64,000 nt of DNA, from contig CDPCPM010000120.1 of NCBI GenBank assembly GCA_976551045.1, forward strand, positions 3,410,001 to 3,474,000. The letters run 5' to 3'. The notes beneath the pieces are model-generated. The model had not been told where the DNA came from. It saw nothing but the letters and a program-made list of their open reading frames with translations, and made no database searches. Positions 62,343-64,000 of the stretch are shown here, in pieces. This stretch comes from Glaucostegus cemiculus (Eukaryota). The translations under genes were made by a program, and so were the position numbers. Positions within the stretch are counted from its first letter, which is position 1; every line of letters starts with the position of its first letter.

Positions 62343-62745
62343 GCAAAAAATACTGAGCTGCTGGAGGAACTCGGCAGGTCAGGCAGCAGCTGTGGAGGCA
62401 GAGGAATGATTGACATTTCGGCTTGAGATCCTGCATCAGGACTATGTGTGTAAAGGGGAAGCAGCCAGTATAAAGAGATGACAGGGAGGGGTGAGGCAGG
62501 AGCTGGCAGGAGATGGGTGGATCCAGGTGAGGATGGGTTGGTGGGGAGAGATGGGCTATCTCCACCCAGCTCCTGCCTCACTCCTCCCTCTCTCCTCTTT
62601 ATACTGCCTATCTTCCCTTTACACACTCAGTCCAGAGGCAGGGTCTCAACCCAAAATATTGACGATGCTGCCTAACCCACTGAGGTTCTCAAGCAGCTAA
62701 TTTTTTTGGGGTCCAAATCCCAGCATCTGCAGTCTCTTGTGTCTC
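62343..62745. mobile_element. Large Penelope-derived palindromic element
   Basis: Arm pairs CTGCTGGAGGAACTC/GAGGTTCTCAAGCAG, TGTGTAAAGGGGAAG/CTTCCCTTTACACA, CAGTATAAAGAG/CTCTTTATACTG, TGAGGCAGGAGCTGG/CCAGCTCCTGCCTCA. Confidence 0.85.
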
Positions 62746-63054
62746 TCAGATTGTCTATCAACCTGGATCACAAATAGATTTCAGATTGAATTATTTTGTT
62801 TAATTTCATTCTGCAATTAAAAAGACAATTTCATACACTGAAAATCTGCCAAAATATGTAGTTAATAAAATAGCCACAAGGTGGCATTAGATACTTGTTT
62901 TGCCAGATGTTTCTGGCAGTTGTTTCAGTAAAGTGTGGCCTTTCACATCATCGGTATTATTGAAAATTAAGTTGGATGAATTTATTTTAGTTGGTGCACA
63001 AACTACAGTGTTCTCAAAATAAAATGTAATAACCTTCTGATTAGTGTCCTTCTT

Positions 63055-63100
63055 AGTTGGGCTGAAGGGCCTGTTTCCATGCTGCATTACTTTATGACTA
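63055..63100 (+). mobile_element. CR1/HE1 3' tail remnant
   Basis: TTGGGCTGAAGGGCCTGTTTCCATGCTGCATTACTTTATGACT. Confidence 0.7.
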
Positions 63101-64000
63101 AATATTTAGTGGCGCAATTCAAAGCTTTTTGTGTACTTCTAGTACCTAGACTGGCATACAGTTAGAAAGGAGGCAAATAGGTTCAGAGTCAAATATGCAT
63201 TAACTCACACTTTGCTCATGTTTTCTGGTAGTTGGTAACTGAGTCAAAAATGATATATCTATTTTTTTTTTCAGTACTGAGTGCCTAATTGAGAGTCTGC
63301 TTTGAAAGAGAGTATTTTAAAGCTTACAGTTGAACAGAGGTGCTGTAAAAGTACAGAAGGATTGTGTATGTAACAATACATTCTAGTGGAAAACTAGATT
63401 TCATTGTCATGTGACCTTTTAAAATGATGCTATCCATTAAACTTGCGATAATGCTGGCTCAATTGTTCAAATAGCCTGATTTGTTTCTGCAGTGATGCAT
63501 ATAGCACCAGAGTTCTGATCAGAGTAAGCAAAAAGCCTGGTGTTTATGATATATTGAAAGCTGAATTTGCATTCAGCAGTATTAAGTGGTAACTTGTCTG
63601 CTAGGTTCTCCAGTACTTCAGAAGTCACCTTTTAACAATTACAGTGGCTCACCAGCTTGCTGAAGCAGTCAATTTCTGTTTGGTTTTGAAGCAAAACCTT
63701 TCACAAAATTTGCACTCAGATCAAATGAGCTATCTACTGTGCAAATCCCATCATCAGCTCTCCATGTTATGTTGAGAAGCAAATGTTTTTATATGTTTTT
63801 GGCTCATTACAGTGAGGAAGATTTGTGTTTGGAAATCGAACACTTTCCCCACATCAGTCTCTTGTACTGAGATGAAGCAATCTGAGGTCAAATATTCAAT
63901 GGTTGAATGCAAAATAAAGATTTCAGCACTCAGTGTAAAGGCATACCTTGCTTCTGTATTAGAAAAATAGAGAACTATATTGCTCTGTGTATTTTCCATT

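Noticed and set aside
1-64000. CRISPR arrays, operons, rRNA or true tRNA genes
   Set aside because: Vertebrate-type DNA; no repeat-spacer array seen, and tRNA-like A/B boxes occur only as SINE heads.

Overview
Eukaryotic, AT-rich, repeat-dense non-coding DNA. The repeat inventory (HE1/V-SINE-like and SacSINE1/DeuSINE-like SINEs; CR1, L2, Rex-Babar, RTE, Tx1 LINEs; Penelope-like elements; Harbinger DNA transposons) points to a cartilaginous fish (shark/ray); family names come from remembered consensus motifs, not from a search. I cannot identify any host protein-coding gene. Nearly all listed ORFs are chance ORFs or transposon pieces, so the window looks like a large intron or gene desert, with AT-rich unique blocks resembling conserved non-coding enhancers. 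Main results the ORF track misses: (1) a decayed two-gene PIF/Harbinger transposon at ~21855-24553 (HARBI1-like DDE transposase on +, Myb/SANT remnant on -) with nested insertions; (2) a second Harbinger Myb/SANT pseudogene at ~30.0-30.2 kb; (3) Penelope-derived fold-back elements carrying decayed minimal hammerhead-ribozyme cores; (4) a young Rex-Babar copy with an intact 3' ORF; (5) a TIR-bounded element holding the window's only CpG-island-like segment; (6) an unexplained ~95-bp duplicated module with a synonymous-substitution bias. There is a 165-N assembly gap at 53514-53678. Repeat boundaries are approximate (tens of bp). I found no convincing evidence of a wholly new biological system.
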